From Lama guanicoe (taxonomy: Eukaryota), in NCBI GenBank assembly GCA_013239625.1, contig MU053934.1, forward strand, positions 8,701,352-8,765,351: 64,000 bases of DNA, written 5' to 3'. Under the pieces are notes generated by a model, which saw nothing but the letters and a program-made list of their open reading frames with translations, ran no database searches and was not told the origin of the DNA. Each line of letters begins with the position of its first letter. Position 1 is the stretch's first letter. A program made the translations under genes and the position numbers. Positions 1 to 11,150 of the stretch are shown piece by piece.

Positions 1-1330
1 TCATAAATATTCAAGTCGCGTCCTAATCTCCCCAACACACACACGTACAAGCCGCAATACCGCTCGGGCTCCGGCCGCCACGCCGCTGCTCGCCCGAGCA
101 ACAATCGCCAAAACTACTTTTGCAAACTGTGCAGGATTGCACGGAGGGTGGGGGCTGGAGGGGGTCGGCGCACACGCTCTCACACGCACCCCGGGCAGGC
201 TCACGAAGGGGACCCTTCCCGGTACCCTCGCCCTGCAGACCCCGCTCGAGAAAGAGAAGATGCCGGGCTCGGGTCCCACGGGCCTCCAACCCCTCAAACT
301 GTGCAGGATTGCAGGACAAGGCGACAGAGGGGACGCCCAGAGAGGGGTCCGTGCATGTACATACTCCCCTCACCTCTGAGGCAGGCTCAAGGAAGGGCCC
401 TCCAGCCCTGCAGACCCTGCGACGAGGAGGAGGACACCGGGCTCCGGTGCCTGGAACCGCAACCCCGGGCCCCCAGCCCCCGACCTCCTACCTGGTGGCG
501 CGCGAGTTCCACGGAGAGCGCCTCGGGCCGGCTCTGCAGCTCCATCCCTGCAACTTGGGCAGCACTTTGCGCTCACTTTGGCCCAGGCTCCCGGGAAGTT
601 GCGCGGCTCCGCGGGGACGGGGGCGGCCGGGGGCGGACCAGGTCTCGGGGGAGGGGGGACACGAGCCCCCTCCCTCAAGGCCGAAAGGGAGGGAGGGTCT
701 GGTGAGGAGGTAAGAAAAGCAGCCGGGCTCCGCGGCGCCGAGCCCGCGGCCGCCCCAACTCCTCAGGCTGCCCGGCAAGTTGCGCCGGGTCCCGGGGCTG
801 CCGGCGCGGCCCGGCGCATGGCCCCCCGGCGCCGGGAGCCCCGCGCAGCCCCGCGCGCTCCCGCTCCTCCGCCGCCCGCCGGCAGGGACTATATTTCCTC
901 CGGCGCGCGCGCCTGGATCTCGCTGGGCCTCGGCAAAGTTGTGCCTCGGCACGATGCTAATTCGGCAGTGCCCGGATGGAGCGGGCCGGGGCGGCGGGGG
1001 GCGGTGCCCGAGCCCGCCGCCCGCCCCGCCCCCGCCCCGCCCGCGCGTGCGCACTGCCGCCCCGCCGCTGCCCGGCGCCCCGAGCGCAGAACAAAAGTGG
1101 TGGCGCGAAGGGGCGCAAACTCGCCGGCCCGCGGCTTGGGCCACCGCCCCGGGGCCGCTCGGGAGGGCGCTTCCCCTCTTCTCCGCCCCGGCGCCCAGCC
1201 AAACCGGAGGAAAACGGGACGCTCAGCCTAAGGCCGGGCTTGTAGATACTTTACGGTGGGAAGGGAAATGTCCACTTTTCCGTTTCTTTTCTCTGGCTTT
1301 CGTCGATCCCTCTTTGCCCCTGCTCCCTCT
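1..1330. promoter_or_regulatory. CpG island / probable promoter and first exon(s) of an unidentified gene
   Basis: Very high GC and CpG density to ~1250. GC boxes at ~985-1042 and an NRF1-like CGCGCGTGCGCA at 1042-1053. Splice-donor-like motifs on both strands: + GAG|GTAAGA at 709/710 and - CAG|GTAGGA at 492/491. Confidence 0.85.
123..480. repeat. Diverged tandem duplication (~175 bp period) within the CpG island
   Basis: CAAACTGTGCAGGATTGCA is identical at 123-141 and 295-313. Further shared blocks GCAGGCTCA, GCCCTGCAGACCC and CCGGGCTC follow in the same order. Confidence 0.8.
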
Positions 1331-2930
1331 TTCCTGCCTCCGTCCGCTTTCCTCTCCTACTTTATTTAAATTGTCTTCCACCCCGCATCCCCTGGCCGCT
1401 GTACACTAACGCTGCGACTTGGAAGATTAAATTAGTCGTGTCGCCAGATTCCCCCACCGCCTGATGGCCACCGTGTTGTTTAAACAGTATGAAAATTGAT
1501 CTCTTGACTGTTCCTTTAATGGCTTTTTTTTTAACACTCACAATTAAACTCTCAACAGATGTCACTGGACTTTTTAAGGCTGTTGTTAAAAATCGTAAAC
1601 ATGCCCGGTCAATGGGATATAAAACAATTACAACTACAGCTGCGGAGATCGCATTTCAAAACTCCCAGCCCCACAGCCAGGAGGTTAATGTTCTGGAGTC
1701 GATATTACGCTCGTGGAGTTATCATCCTCATCCATTAACGTCGGAATGATCTGTGCGGTATTGGTCGCATCCTAGTACATCTGAGGGATGCTGGGGAGAA
1801 ATGGTGCAATCTACTCAAAGTACACGTTAAACGTTTAAACTGATCAATCATTATAACTTCATATTCCTCTGCAGCACAAAAAATACCCAGGCACACAGGC
1901 AACCAATGCCCCTTTCAGCATATGCCAACATGCTGCCTTTTCTTCTACTGGCAGCAGAAGTTGCTGGAATTTTTTTTTCAGGTTGGGACCCCAATGTTGT
2001 TCTGGCCTCCGAATCAGAGCATTTGCCACCAGTGACTTTATGTGTGTGTCTCTTTGGCCCCCCCCAAACCCTAGAGGCCTCTCCTCCCTGGCACCAGCAC
2101 CTTGCCTGTAGGAAGCACTCAGTGAGGAATCCCTGGTTACTTTGTGAGCTTTGTTAAAAACTCACAAAACTAACATGCCCTAAGTGCCTGTCTAGCCCCA
2201 GCCAGAAAGAAGCAGGGCTCACCAAATGCAAAACGAAAAGGCTGACTCTAGCTCCTTCCACTCTAGGCTTGCCCCAGTTTAGGATGGTGTCCCCACTACC
2301 TAGTGCTTTTGCTGGCCTGGACACTAGCCCGGTAAAGTGGACTGCAGGTAAAGTGGGCTGCCTAGGGACCAGTGTTCCCAGAGCCAGAGGGAGCATGCAA
2401 GTGAGAGGGTTCCTGTTTGTAATCTGTAGATTTCACTGGCCTCTGAGTAAAATTTCATAATAATTTCATTGTCCATGTATGTAATTTAATCAATGGAGAG
2501 GATATTCTGGTTGTCTGTGACCTGCAGAATCAGGCAGATGCTGACTGGGGGATAGCAGCTGTTGAGATGTTTAAGTACCTTTTGCAAGTTTCTGTCATTT
2601 AATTAAGTTACAGTGGTGATCATTTACATGCCCCTCTGTCGTTTTCAAAGTTAACTAAATCCTGAGCAAGCAAGAAAGGCCATGGGCTGGCTGCTCTTTG
2701 ATAGTGAGGAAACTGGTTATGTGAAGGAAAAAAACTTACGAGAAGTCCTGTGCTGCTGCCTAAACGAGTCCCGCACAGCAGACCACCCTCCCTTTGCCCA
2801 TGCCAGGCCCTCGGTCTGGAATGCCCTTTCCCCCGTAACCCACCTTTTAAAACCCTCTTCATCCTCCGAGATTCACTTCAAATGCCACATTTTCTAGGAA
2901 CTTCCTCTAATTTCTACACATAAATTCTTT

Positions 2931-3008
2931 GTTTTAAATTGAAGTATAGTTGATTTACAATGTTGTGTTAGTTTCAGGTGTACAGCAAAGTGATACACAT
3001 ATATACAT

Positions 3009-3046
<38 letters not shown>

Positions 3047-4174
3047 TCTCTTTCAGATTTGTTTTCATTATATCACAAGATATTGAATACAGTTCCCTGT
3101 GCTATACAATAAGACCTTGTTGTTTACCTATCTTCTATATAGTAGTTTGTATCTGTTAATCCCAAACTTCTATTTTATCCCTACCCTCCCTTTCCTCTTT
3201 GGTTACTAAAAGTTTGTTTTCTATGTCTGAGTCTGTTCCTGTTTCATAAATAAGTTCCTTTGTATCATTTTTTTTAAGATTCCACATCTAAGTGATACCA
3301 TATGATATTTGTCTCTGTCTGACTTCACTTAGTATGATGATCTCTAGGAGCATCGATGTTGCTGCAAATGGCACTATTTTATTCTTTTTTATGGCTGAGT
3401 AGTATTTCATTGTGTGTATGTATGTATGTATATATATATATATATATATACCATATATATATATATATATATACCATGTATTCTTTATCCAGTCATCTGT
3501 CGATGGACATTTGGGTTGCTTCCATGTCTTGGTTATTGTAAATTGTGCTGCTATGAACATTGGGGTGCATGTACCTTTTCAAATTAGAGTTTTCTCAAGA
3601 TATATGCCCAGGAGTGGGATTGCTGAATCATATGCTCTATTGTTAGTTGTTATGTTGCAGAAAAATGTGTTACAGCTCAGTTGTGACAGCAACCTGGATC
3701 TGGGCGAGAGACCAAGCAGCACTCAGAGAGTTGGAGAACTCAGGTTTACTACACCAGCAGGCCTAGAGGAGTTAACATTCCAAGCTCTGGAGCCCTCCTG
3801 TAGGTTTACACAGGTTTTATAGGCTGCCAGTTTATACTTTGCAACATCATATGCAAATAAGGTATAACAAAAGTTGACTAATTAGGAACAAGCTTTGTAG
3901 AAATGGACCAATCAGGAGTAAGAGAAATAACCAATCAAGAGTGAGGGAAATGGACCAATCAGGAGTGAGCTCCATTTTCCTAGAAGTTAGCCGTTTCAGA
4001 GGCAAAAAGTGAGATAAAGCAACTGGGCCAGGGAACCGGATGGTGCTGGCTGGAGAATAGTGGCCCTGCCTTGGGGTACTGCTGGGTTTTTTTTATGGGG
4101 CTTCCCACCTCACTTTAAGGAACCTGAATACTGTTTTCCATAGTGGCCACACCAATTTACATTCCTACCAACAG
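2931..4174 (-). mobile_element. 5'-truncated L1 3' end, interrupted by an LTR
   Basis: ORF 3288-3560(-) reads MFIAAQFTITKTWKQPKCPSTDDWIK, the L1 ORF2 C-terminus. L1 sequence resumes at 4113. TSD-like pair TCTACACATAAATTCTTT (2913-2930) / TCTACACATCAGTTCTTT (4175-4192). Contains (TA)n/(CA)n microsatellites at ~2995-3045 and ~3413-3473. Confidence 0.9.
3648..4112 (-). mobile_element. Solo ERV LTR (ERV1-type) nested in L1
   Basis: TG...CA termini splitting otherwise contiguous L1 sequence. On the minus strand: TATAAAA (~3815-3821) and AGTAAA (3745-3750). Octamer ATGCAAAT at 3851-3858 and three CCAAT-containing ~24-bp repeats at ~3901-3970. No clear TSD. Confidence 0.75.
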
Positions 4175-6019
4175 TCTACACATCAGTTCTTTACTCCTCC
4201 CTCTGGAGACTCACCATGAAGAGCTTACTTAGCACCTGGGGCATTCTGTCCCATAATACAGGGACTTGTTTGCTTCCCTGTTGGAGCCTGAGCTGATTCT
4301 GAGTCTGGCTTGTGGGCAGAGCACAGTAGATGGATGTTGAAGGAAGGCATGGGGTGCCTGGAGCCAAGTAGGTACTTAGCAATGAATGAGTGAGTGAAGG
4401 GATGGATGAATGAATGAATGCTAAAAGTGGAAAACAACCCACTATCTAAAAGGTACGCTATTAATAATGGCCACAGAAAGGAGCAGTGTCTGCAATTAAT
4501 TCCAGCGTCCACATTTCTCTTTACTTGCACTGTGGTTAAGTGGACAGGAGGCCTGGACTGGAGCTTGGATATCTGGGTTTGAGACTTGGGTCCACCCTTT
4601 AACAGCCTCGAATCTTAGGAAAGTTATTCAACACCTCCTAGCTTCTGTTTCTTCAGATGTAAAATGGAAATTATCCAGCCAACCATGGTTACCCTTGGAG
4701 CCACTCAGCTCCTCTGACCTTGGCTACTTGCTCAGTGGAGAGGCCCAGTTGCAGGCCCCCTGGCTTAACTGGCCTGGAAGTGAGGGCCAGCCTAGAGCAC
4801 AGCCTCCTTCACATGCCTGCCACGAGGTGGGGGGAGGGCAGGGGCTGCAGTGGCTCCAGGACCACGTCCAACCCTCTGGGCCCAAGGGGGTCCCAGGTGC
4901 TCCTGCCTCTTCTGGCTTCTGAGTGAAGCTCTGCACCTCGAGCACAGATCCGGCCTACCCAGTGGCTGACCAAGGGGTTGAGTAACACAACGAAGTCCAG
5001 GAGAGTGAGTTACTTCATCAAATGAACTTGGACCAACTAGAAACAGGATTCAGGAAGGAGCCAGCAAATCAACATGGCTCCGTTCTCCATTGATTGGAAT
5101 GTTCTGGGGCCCAGTGGGCCCACTGGATGGCCTATAAAACATCCCACATATCCCAGCAAATGGCCACCTTCCATGGGGTGCGGCAGATAGCTGGGTGATC
5201 CATCGCTTGGTTTTGCTCTCCTTCCTTTTCCCTCAGTCTTGTTGCCCTGGGACTGGACTTTCCATTAGTGTTACTGTTGTGGGCACCATTTGAGAGCCTT
5301 CCCCCCATCCTCTCTAGAAGGCATCCTTTATTTCATTTGATCCCCTGAAGGTGAGTACAGTTACCCCCATCTTACAGATAAGAGCACTGAGGCTCAAAGA
5401 GGTTCAGAAACTTTTCACAGGCTGCAGGTGGTGTATCCACACATGGGACGGAGCCTGGTACCGTCCCGTTTATGCCTGTCACCCTGAGTGACATTTAATA
5501 GTTCCCTGTTTGACTCTCAGATGCATCCCAGCCTGGATGGTGAGTTGCATGGTGAGCCAGCTGAGGGATGGAGACAGAACTCACCCTCCAGGCTTCACGA
5601 CTTCAGAGCGTGCTGTCCTCCCAGTGCCCCACCTTGTCTTACCTGGCACAGTGCCCCTCAGTCTAGAGCAGTGGCTGGAGGTCGGGAATGGCGCCGTCTA
5701 GAGCCTGGGACGCCGGTGCAGAAGACTTGGCTTCCACCAGGGTCGAGTAGGGCCAGCATCACAGACTGTCACTCTGCTTCCTGCAAAATGGGTGGCCAGG
5801 TCCCATCCAGTCACTTGCCCTCCAGCTCAGAGGCTGCACGGCATACCTGGGACACACCTGCCGGCCACTGGCAGGCTCAGGCCCATAGCCCCCCTGCCCC
5901 CACACATCTCCTTGGATGGGCAACTGTGTCAGCATGCCTGAATCTGAGCTCCCTGGCCCCAGAGGGCAGCAGCCCATTCATCATTCCTGGAGTCATTCTC
6001 TCCTCTCTCAGGCCCCCAT

Positions 6020-6390
6020 CACATGCACTTCGTGTAATTAGTGAGGACAGAGTCGCACTGGGTCAGGGCGGGCCCTAAACCCAATATGACTGGTGTCCTT
6101 ACAAGAAGGGGAGAGGACACACACACACACACACACGTGCACACACAGAAGGCCGTGTGACGACAGAGGGGGACTTCAGATACTGTAAGGGACACCAACG
6201 ATGTCAGAACCACCAGAAACTGGGAGGAGGCCCGGAAAAGACGCGCTCCCAGAGGGAGCAGCCTGCTGACACCTTGATGTGGGGCCGCTGGCCTCCAGGC
6301 TGTGAAAAGAGGAAAACATTTCCATAGTTTTAAGCAACCCGTCCCCAGTCTGTGGTGCTTTGTTATGGCGGCCCCAGGAAACCCACACCC
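6020..6390 (+). mobile_element. MLT1 (MaLR) LTR
   Basis: Diagnostic GGGCCCTAAACCCAATATGACTGGTGTCCTT...GACACCTTGAT...TTTAAGC...TGTGGTGCTTTGTTATGGCGGCCCCAGGAAAC. Confidence 0.85.
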
Positions 6391-7136
6391 CACACAGGGC
6401 TCCAGCCCTCTGCTCCCATGACCAGGCACGGGCTCCCACTGCCCCGCAGCGCTGCACGTTACCCTCGGTCCCGCGTCCCCTCCTCAGCAGCGAACATGGA
6501 GTCTGGTGAGCGCCCGGCACGGGGCCAGGTGTCTTCTGATCCACAGAGACCAGAATCTCGGGTTTTAGTAAAGTCATGTGACACATGTACCTAACACCCT
6601 TGACATCTCCAGCGGGGTCAGACACCTCGGTATTTCCACGGCCAGGCGCATGAATCCCCACGACAAGTGGGACGAGAGCAGCGAACTGTCCCGTCAGGTC
6701 GGGGGTGGGGGTTGCTGCCAAGAAAGTGTGAGCATCAATCTGCCAGGGAGGAAACGCAGGTCGTCTGGGACTTAGCACCATGCCTGCGGGACCGCGCGCA
6801 CAGAAGGCACGCCTGAAGCTCGCTGATTTCCCTTGTCAGCCCCCCGCTGAGTCCGTCTACATGGCGGCTCCTCAGGCCTGGGAGAGCAGGAATGATGATC
6901 ATCTCGCAACGAGTGAGGGAACTGAGGAACAGAGGAGCTCAAGACCTGTGTCCATCACAGCCCCGTCCCCACACCTTGGACCCTCCCTAATGCACCAGAG
7001 GGAGGGTCGTCCACCCTTCCTCCTGACACCAAGCAGAGCCCACTTGCCATGCAGCATCCAGGGCCTCTGCCCTGAGCACAAATGTTTATAATTTTTTTCC
7101 CCTAAAAGTGCTGTTTAAAAAAAAAAAAAGGAAAAG

Positions 7137-7385
7137 GTAGGGCTGGTTCCTTCTGAGAGCTCTGGGAGAGACTGTTCCAGGACTCTCCCCTGGCTTCTGG
7201 GGGTTTGCTGGCCATCTTGGGTGTTCACTGACTTGTAGACACGCCACCCCAGTTCCTCCGTCTTCACAGGCCTTCTCCCTGCATGCCTGCCTCCACATCT
7301 CCCCTGCGTAAGCACACGCAGTCACGTGGGATGAGCGCCTTCCCTGATGACACCCTTTTCACCTGGTAACCTCGATAAAAGCCCA
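7137..7385 (-). mobile_element. MLT1 (MaLR) LTR fragment
   Basis: GGGCTGGTTCCTTCTGAGAGCTCTG...GGCTTCTGGGGGTTTGCTGGCCATCTTGG...TCTTCACAGGCCTTCTCCC matches reverse-strand MLT1. Confidence 0.75.
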
Positions 7386-9969
7386 CCCGGGGTGAATCCA
7401 GCCCCCTCCAGGAGCTGAGCCTCGGCCCCACCTAAGGGTGTGTTTGTCCTAAAGCTTCTATTACTAAGCCCCATCCTCAGCAGTGCCTTCACACCCACAG
7501 CATCAGAGACTCTACGTCAGCTGCTCAGCTCTCCGTGCAGGAGGAGTCAGGGTGCTGCACGCAGCACACGAGGCAGGGTGCCGCTTATGAGGAGGAAGCG
7601 CACACACCGGGGATAGGCCCTTGTTCTCGCTCCCCTTTGCGCCTGGAAGTCCCAGCGAGCCCGGGAGTGGAATCAGTGCTCTGGCTTTCCCTCTCAGGTT
7701 TGGTGAAGTTTTTACCCAGCAGCGCCTCTGACCCTGGAACCTTCCTGCAGAGCAATAGTGAACGGAAGTTTTCACTCGTCTAAGCCCGAGCCCGGTTCCT
7801 CTCTCCGTGGACAAGGCCGAAGTGCGTCCAGGGGAGTAGTTACTGGGGAACAGAGGGAGAGAAAGCTCTTTTGCTCCACATGTCAGGTGTCGTGCTAGAA
7901 GCTATGGGACACTGGTACCTTCGAGGGGTCCCAGTCTTACAGGGACAGCAAGTCTCAGCCCACCACCTCCCAAGAGGGATCAGGACAGATGCGGGCAGGA
8001 GGTATAAAGGGGGCAGGGCGCACTGAGGAGGGAGCCCCGTTCCCTGCTGGCGGCCTTCATACTCCATCATCTCACTGACCCCTACAGCACCTGGGGCGGG
8101 AGCTGCCTTGGGGAAACTGAGGCTCAAGGCTGTTAGGTTACTTGTAAGTCACCTAGATGTCAGTGAGGACTGAGATCCTGGAGAGCTCATTGCTTTCAAC
8201 TTGCAGCTGTGGGGCAGGGTCTTGCGGGGCACGGGGCCCTGTGGGTGCCCGAGTGCACAGGTGGGTGTGGACACAGGTGTGCCGGGAGAGGAGAAGGGAG
8301 GTGGCCCAGCTTGGATTTAAGCCAGAAGCTGGCCCTGAGCTAGGATTCAAGCGAAGGAGTTTAGCTGGGAGATGATCCCGGGGTGTGACCCCAGGAAGTG
8401 CCTGCGAGGTGTGGGGAGGGAGTCCAAGCGAGGTGACTTAGGCAGCAGGTTACTGCGCTGGGCCAAGGGCTCCCAGCTGCTGTACTCAAGGGGAGGGAGC
8501 TGGGGCACTTCTCCCCCAGCTCCCTGCCCACCACTGGTCAGGGCTGCCTCCAGGGTCATTCCCTCTGGCCGATTCCGAACCCACAAGGCCATGCCTGCTC
8601 CTGGGACTGGAGCGTCACAGGTGCTCACAGGAGCTACACAGTGCATGGGAGGGGCAGGGCAGGGCAGCTTCTGTCCCCTCTGGAGAGGACTGGAGACATG
8701 CCAGGGACAGAGGCAGAGGCCAGATGCTTCCCAAAGCAGTTGGGATGGTCGGCAGGTGACGGGGGGCCATTGACACTTAAACTGCCATGACAGTGTCTGC
8801 AGAATCCAGATGCGGAGGTATCTGGGGCAGGGCGACGGGTTAGGATGCTGCCCTGGGTGGAGAGGCAGATGGGTTGAGGAGCTGGAGGGGAGTTAGAGCT
8901 GAGGCCACCCAGGTGGGACTGCTAGGCCAGACGGGGGCTCCAAAATACCCCTGAGTGTCTGGCCCGCGAGCCACGTGGACAGGGATCACGCTCTGAGAGA
9001 CAGGTCTGCAGCGGCTGCAGCTGAGGGAAGGGCGTCTGGCTGGATCCCAGACAGGCAGCTGCAGGTTTGCTCTGAGCAGCAAGAGAAGAGCTCAGTGACT
9101 CTCTGCTTTTCCTGCTGTGCTGCCCCACCTCTGCCCCGGACTTTGGCCTCCTTGGGGGCTGGTGATGGGGCTCCATGATGTCCCTCTGAGGTCCTGTGCT
9201 TCTGTTCTCAGTGGGAAAGGAGCTGGGCAGCCCAGCTGGCTGATGTCAGGGGGTTTTGAAGTCTGGCTGTCATCCATTGGCCAAGTGATGAAATGAAATA
9301 AGCTATTTGCTCTGCGTCTCCGTCTCTCCACCTCTAAAGTGGGGATTATCCACTTGGCAGACACACCAGTGGGAGCATAAAGCCAGTGAATGGAGCGCCT
9401 CCCTCTTGGCAACGCTGCTAAGTGAGCTGTGCAGTGGGTGCTGGGATAGGCCAGGGCCGGGGGTGCAGTGGGGTGAGGGGAACCTGGCCCCCAGGACTGC
9501 TAGTGCTGGGTTCAGCTGGGTCCCCAAAGTGCAGATGGCACCCCTGCGAGGAAGCCACCTGGAGGAGGCTGTGGCATCAGAGGCCAGAAGATGGGCCTTG
9601 AAGGTTTGGGGCAAGGACCTGCCGGTCACAGGCAGTCACTCGGCTACCACTGGATGGAGGGGTTTCGGCCCCCGACCCGGGAGGCTGGGACCATTGTCCA
9701 GGATGGGGTGAAGCAGGGGCCCCATGGGGTGCGAAGGTGTAAGTGGCACAGGTTGACAGGCGAGGCGGGGGGAGTGAGGGCGTCCAGGGCAGCCTCAGGT
9801 TTCTGAGCAGAATTGTATGAGTGAGGGAGGAGGGGTTGGGGTGCTGGGGTGTTAAGGCCCTGCCCTCCCCAAGGCTTCTCTGGGGGACACTTTGTGGGCC
9901 AGGGTCCCGTGCAGGGGCAGGCAGGGGGAGGTAAGGCTTGTCATCAGCCCCTCCTTCAGCTTCCCTCCC

Positions 9970-10392
9970 GATGGGGTTGGACATGTGCCCCCCAAATTCA
10001 CATTCTTCCCAGAACTTCAGAAGGCGACCTTATGTGGACATAGGGCCTTTGAAGACCTCATCGAGTTAAGATGAGGTCCCCGTGGGGTGGGGTGGCCCCT
10101 TAGTCCAATATGACTGGTTTCCTTATAAGAAGAGGGGGCACACAGAGACAGACACACACAGAGGAGAATGCCACGGGACCATGGACACGGAGCACCTAGG
10201 ACTGCCAGCAACTCAGAGACCAAGAGAGAGGCCTGGGGCAGGGTCCTTCCTAGAGCCCTCAGAGCAAGCACGGCTCTGCCAACACCTTGATTCCGAACTT
10301 CTGGCCCCCAGAACCTTGAGAGGACGCACTTCTGTTGTTCAAAGCTGCGCACCGTGGAACTGTGTTACCGCCGCCCCAGGACACTAGAACAC
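9970..10392 (+). mobile_element. MLT1 (MaLR) LTR, near full length
   Basis: CCCCCAAATTCAC...GTTAAGATGAGGTC...TCCAATATGACTGG...GCCAACACCTTGATT...CCCCAGGACACTAGAACA. Confidence 0.85.
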
Positions 10393-10949
10393 TCCCTTTC
10401 CTTACTCAGCCAAAGCTGGCCTTATTTGTGAATTCCACCTCCTCGGAGCCAGCCTGATCAGTCCTAAATCTCCTTCCACTGGAGGGCTGAGGCTGGACCT
10501 GATTCTTCTCAATAGTGTCACCCCTGGCCTGGCTTCATTAGATGTTACTTCCCTTACTCCCCAGCGGGTTGGGTTTAACAGTCTCCGTCTGGCCGTGATG
10601 AGGGGAAATACTTCTTCACCTCGATGTCCCATCGTCCCCAAATCCAGCTCCCTCTTCCTTCAGTGGCTGGTGTTTGCAGGCATAGAAAGTGAGTTTGATT
10701 ATTCATTCATATATTCAGCACATAGTTTTCCTATAGTTTATTGAAAACTTTCAAAGACTTCCAAAAAAAAAATCTCTTTTATTCTCTACCCATTTTATGC
10801 CAAAGCAGCAGAACAGAACAGTGCCTTACTTCCTGGGTGACCCAGCCCGCCTCCCTGCAGCATCTGAGTGTGCAGATTCCAAATGAAAGAGCTCTTGTTG
10901 GCACCCACCACGTGTCAGGGACCACGACGGGCAATTAAAGTTATCATAA

Positions 10950-11150
10950 TAATAATGTGCTTATCGAGTGAGTGCGTGTTAAATGCCCAGCATTATGTTA
11001 AAGGCTTTCCATGTTATCTCATTTTAATCATTTTAATCCTTCACAAAGACCCCTTGAGGTAGGTGTTATCAGCCCCATTATATAGATGAGAAAACTGAGG
11101 CTAACTTAGGTAATGACTTATCTAGGGAAGCACAGCCCATAAGCAATTGT
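10950..11150 (-). mobile_element. MIR SINE
   Basis: Core CCCCATTATATAGATGAGAAAACTGAGGCT. Further MIR remnants occur at about 4530-4680, 5280-5450, 20140-20330, 27640-27810, 37280-37430, 37860-38090, 40190-40400, 41780-41985 and 53000-53150. Confidence 0.8.

Noticed and set aside
1..1330. Assigning a gene symbol to the promoter
   Set aside because: No coding exon is visible in the window and I do not recognise the UTR, so any name would be a guess.
120..1409. Long overlapping ORFs of ~200 aa in the CpG island
   Set aside because: Pro/Arg/Gly/Ala-rich frames open on both strands, which reflects stop-codon scarcity in GC-rich DNA. Many use non-ATG starts and none has a recognisable domain.
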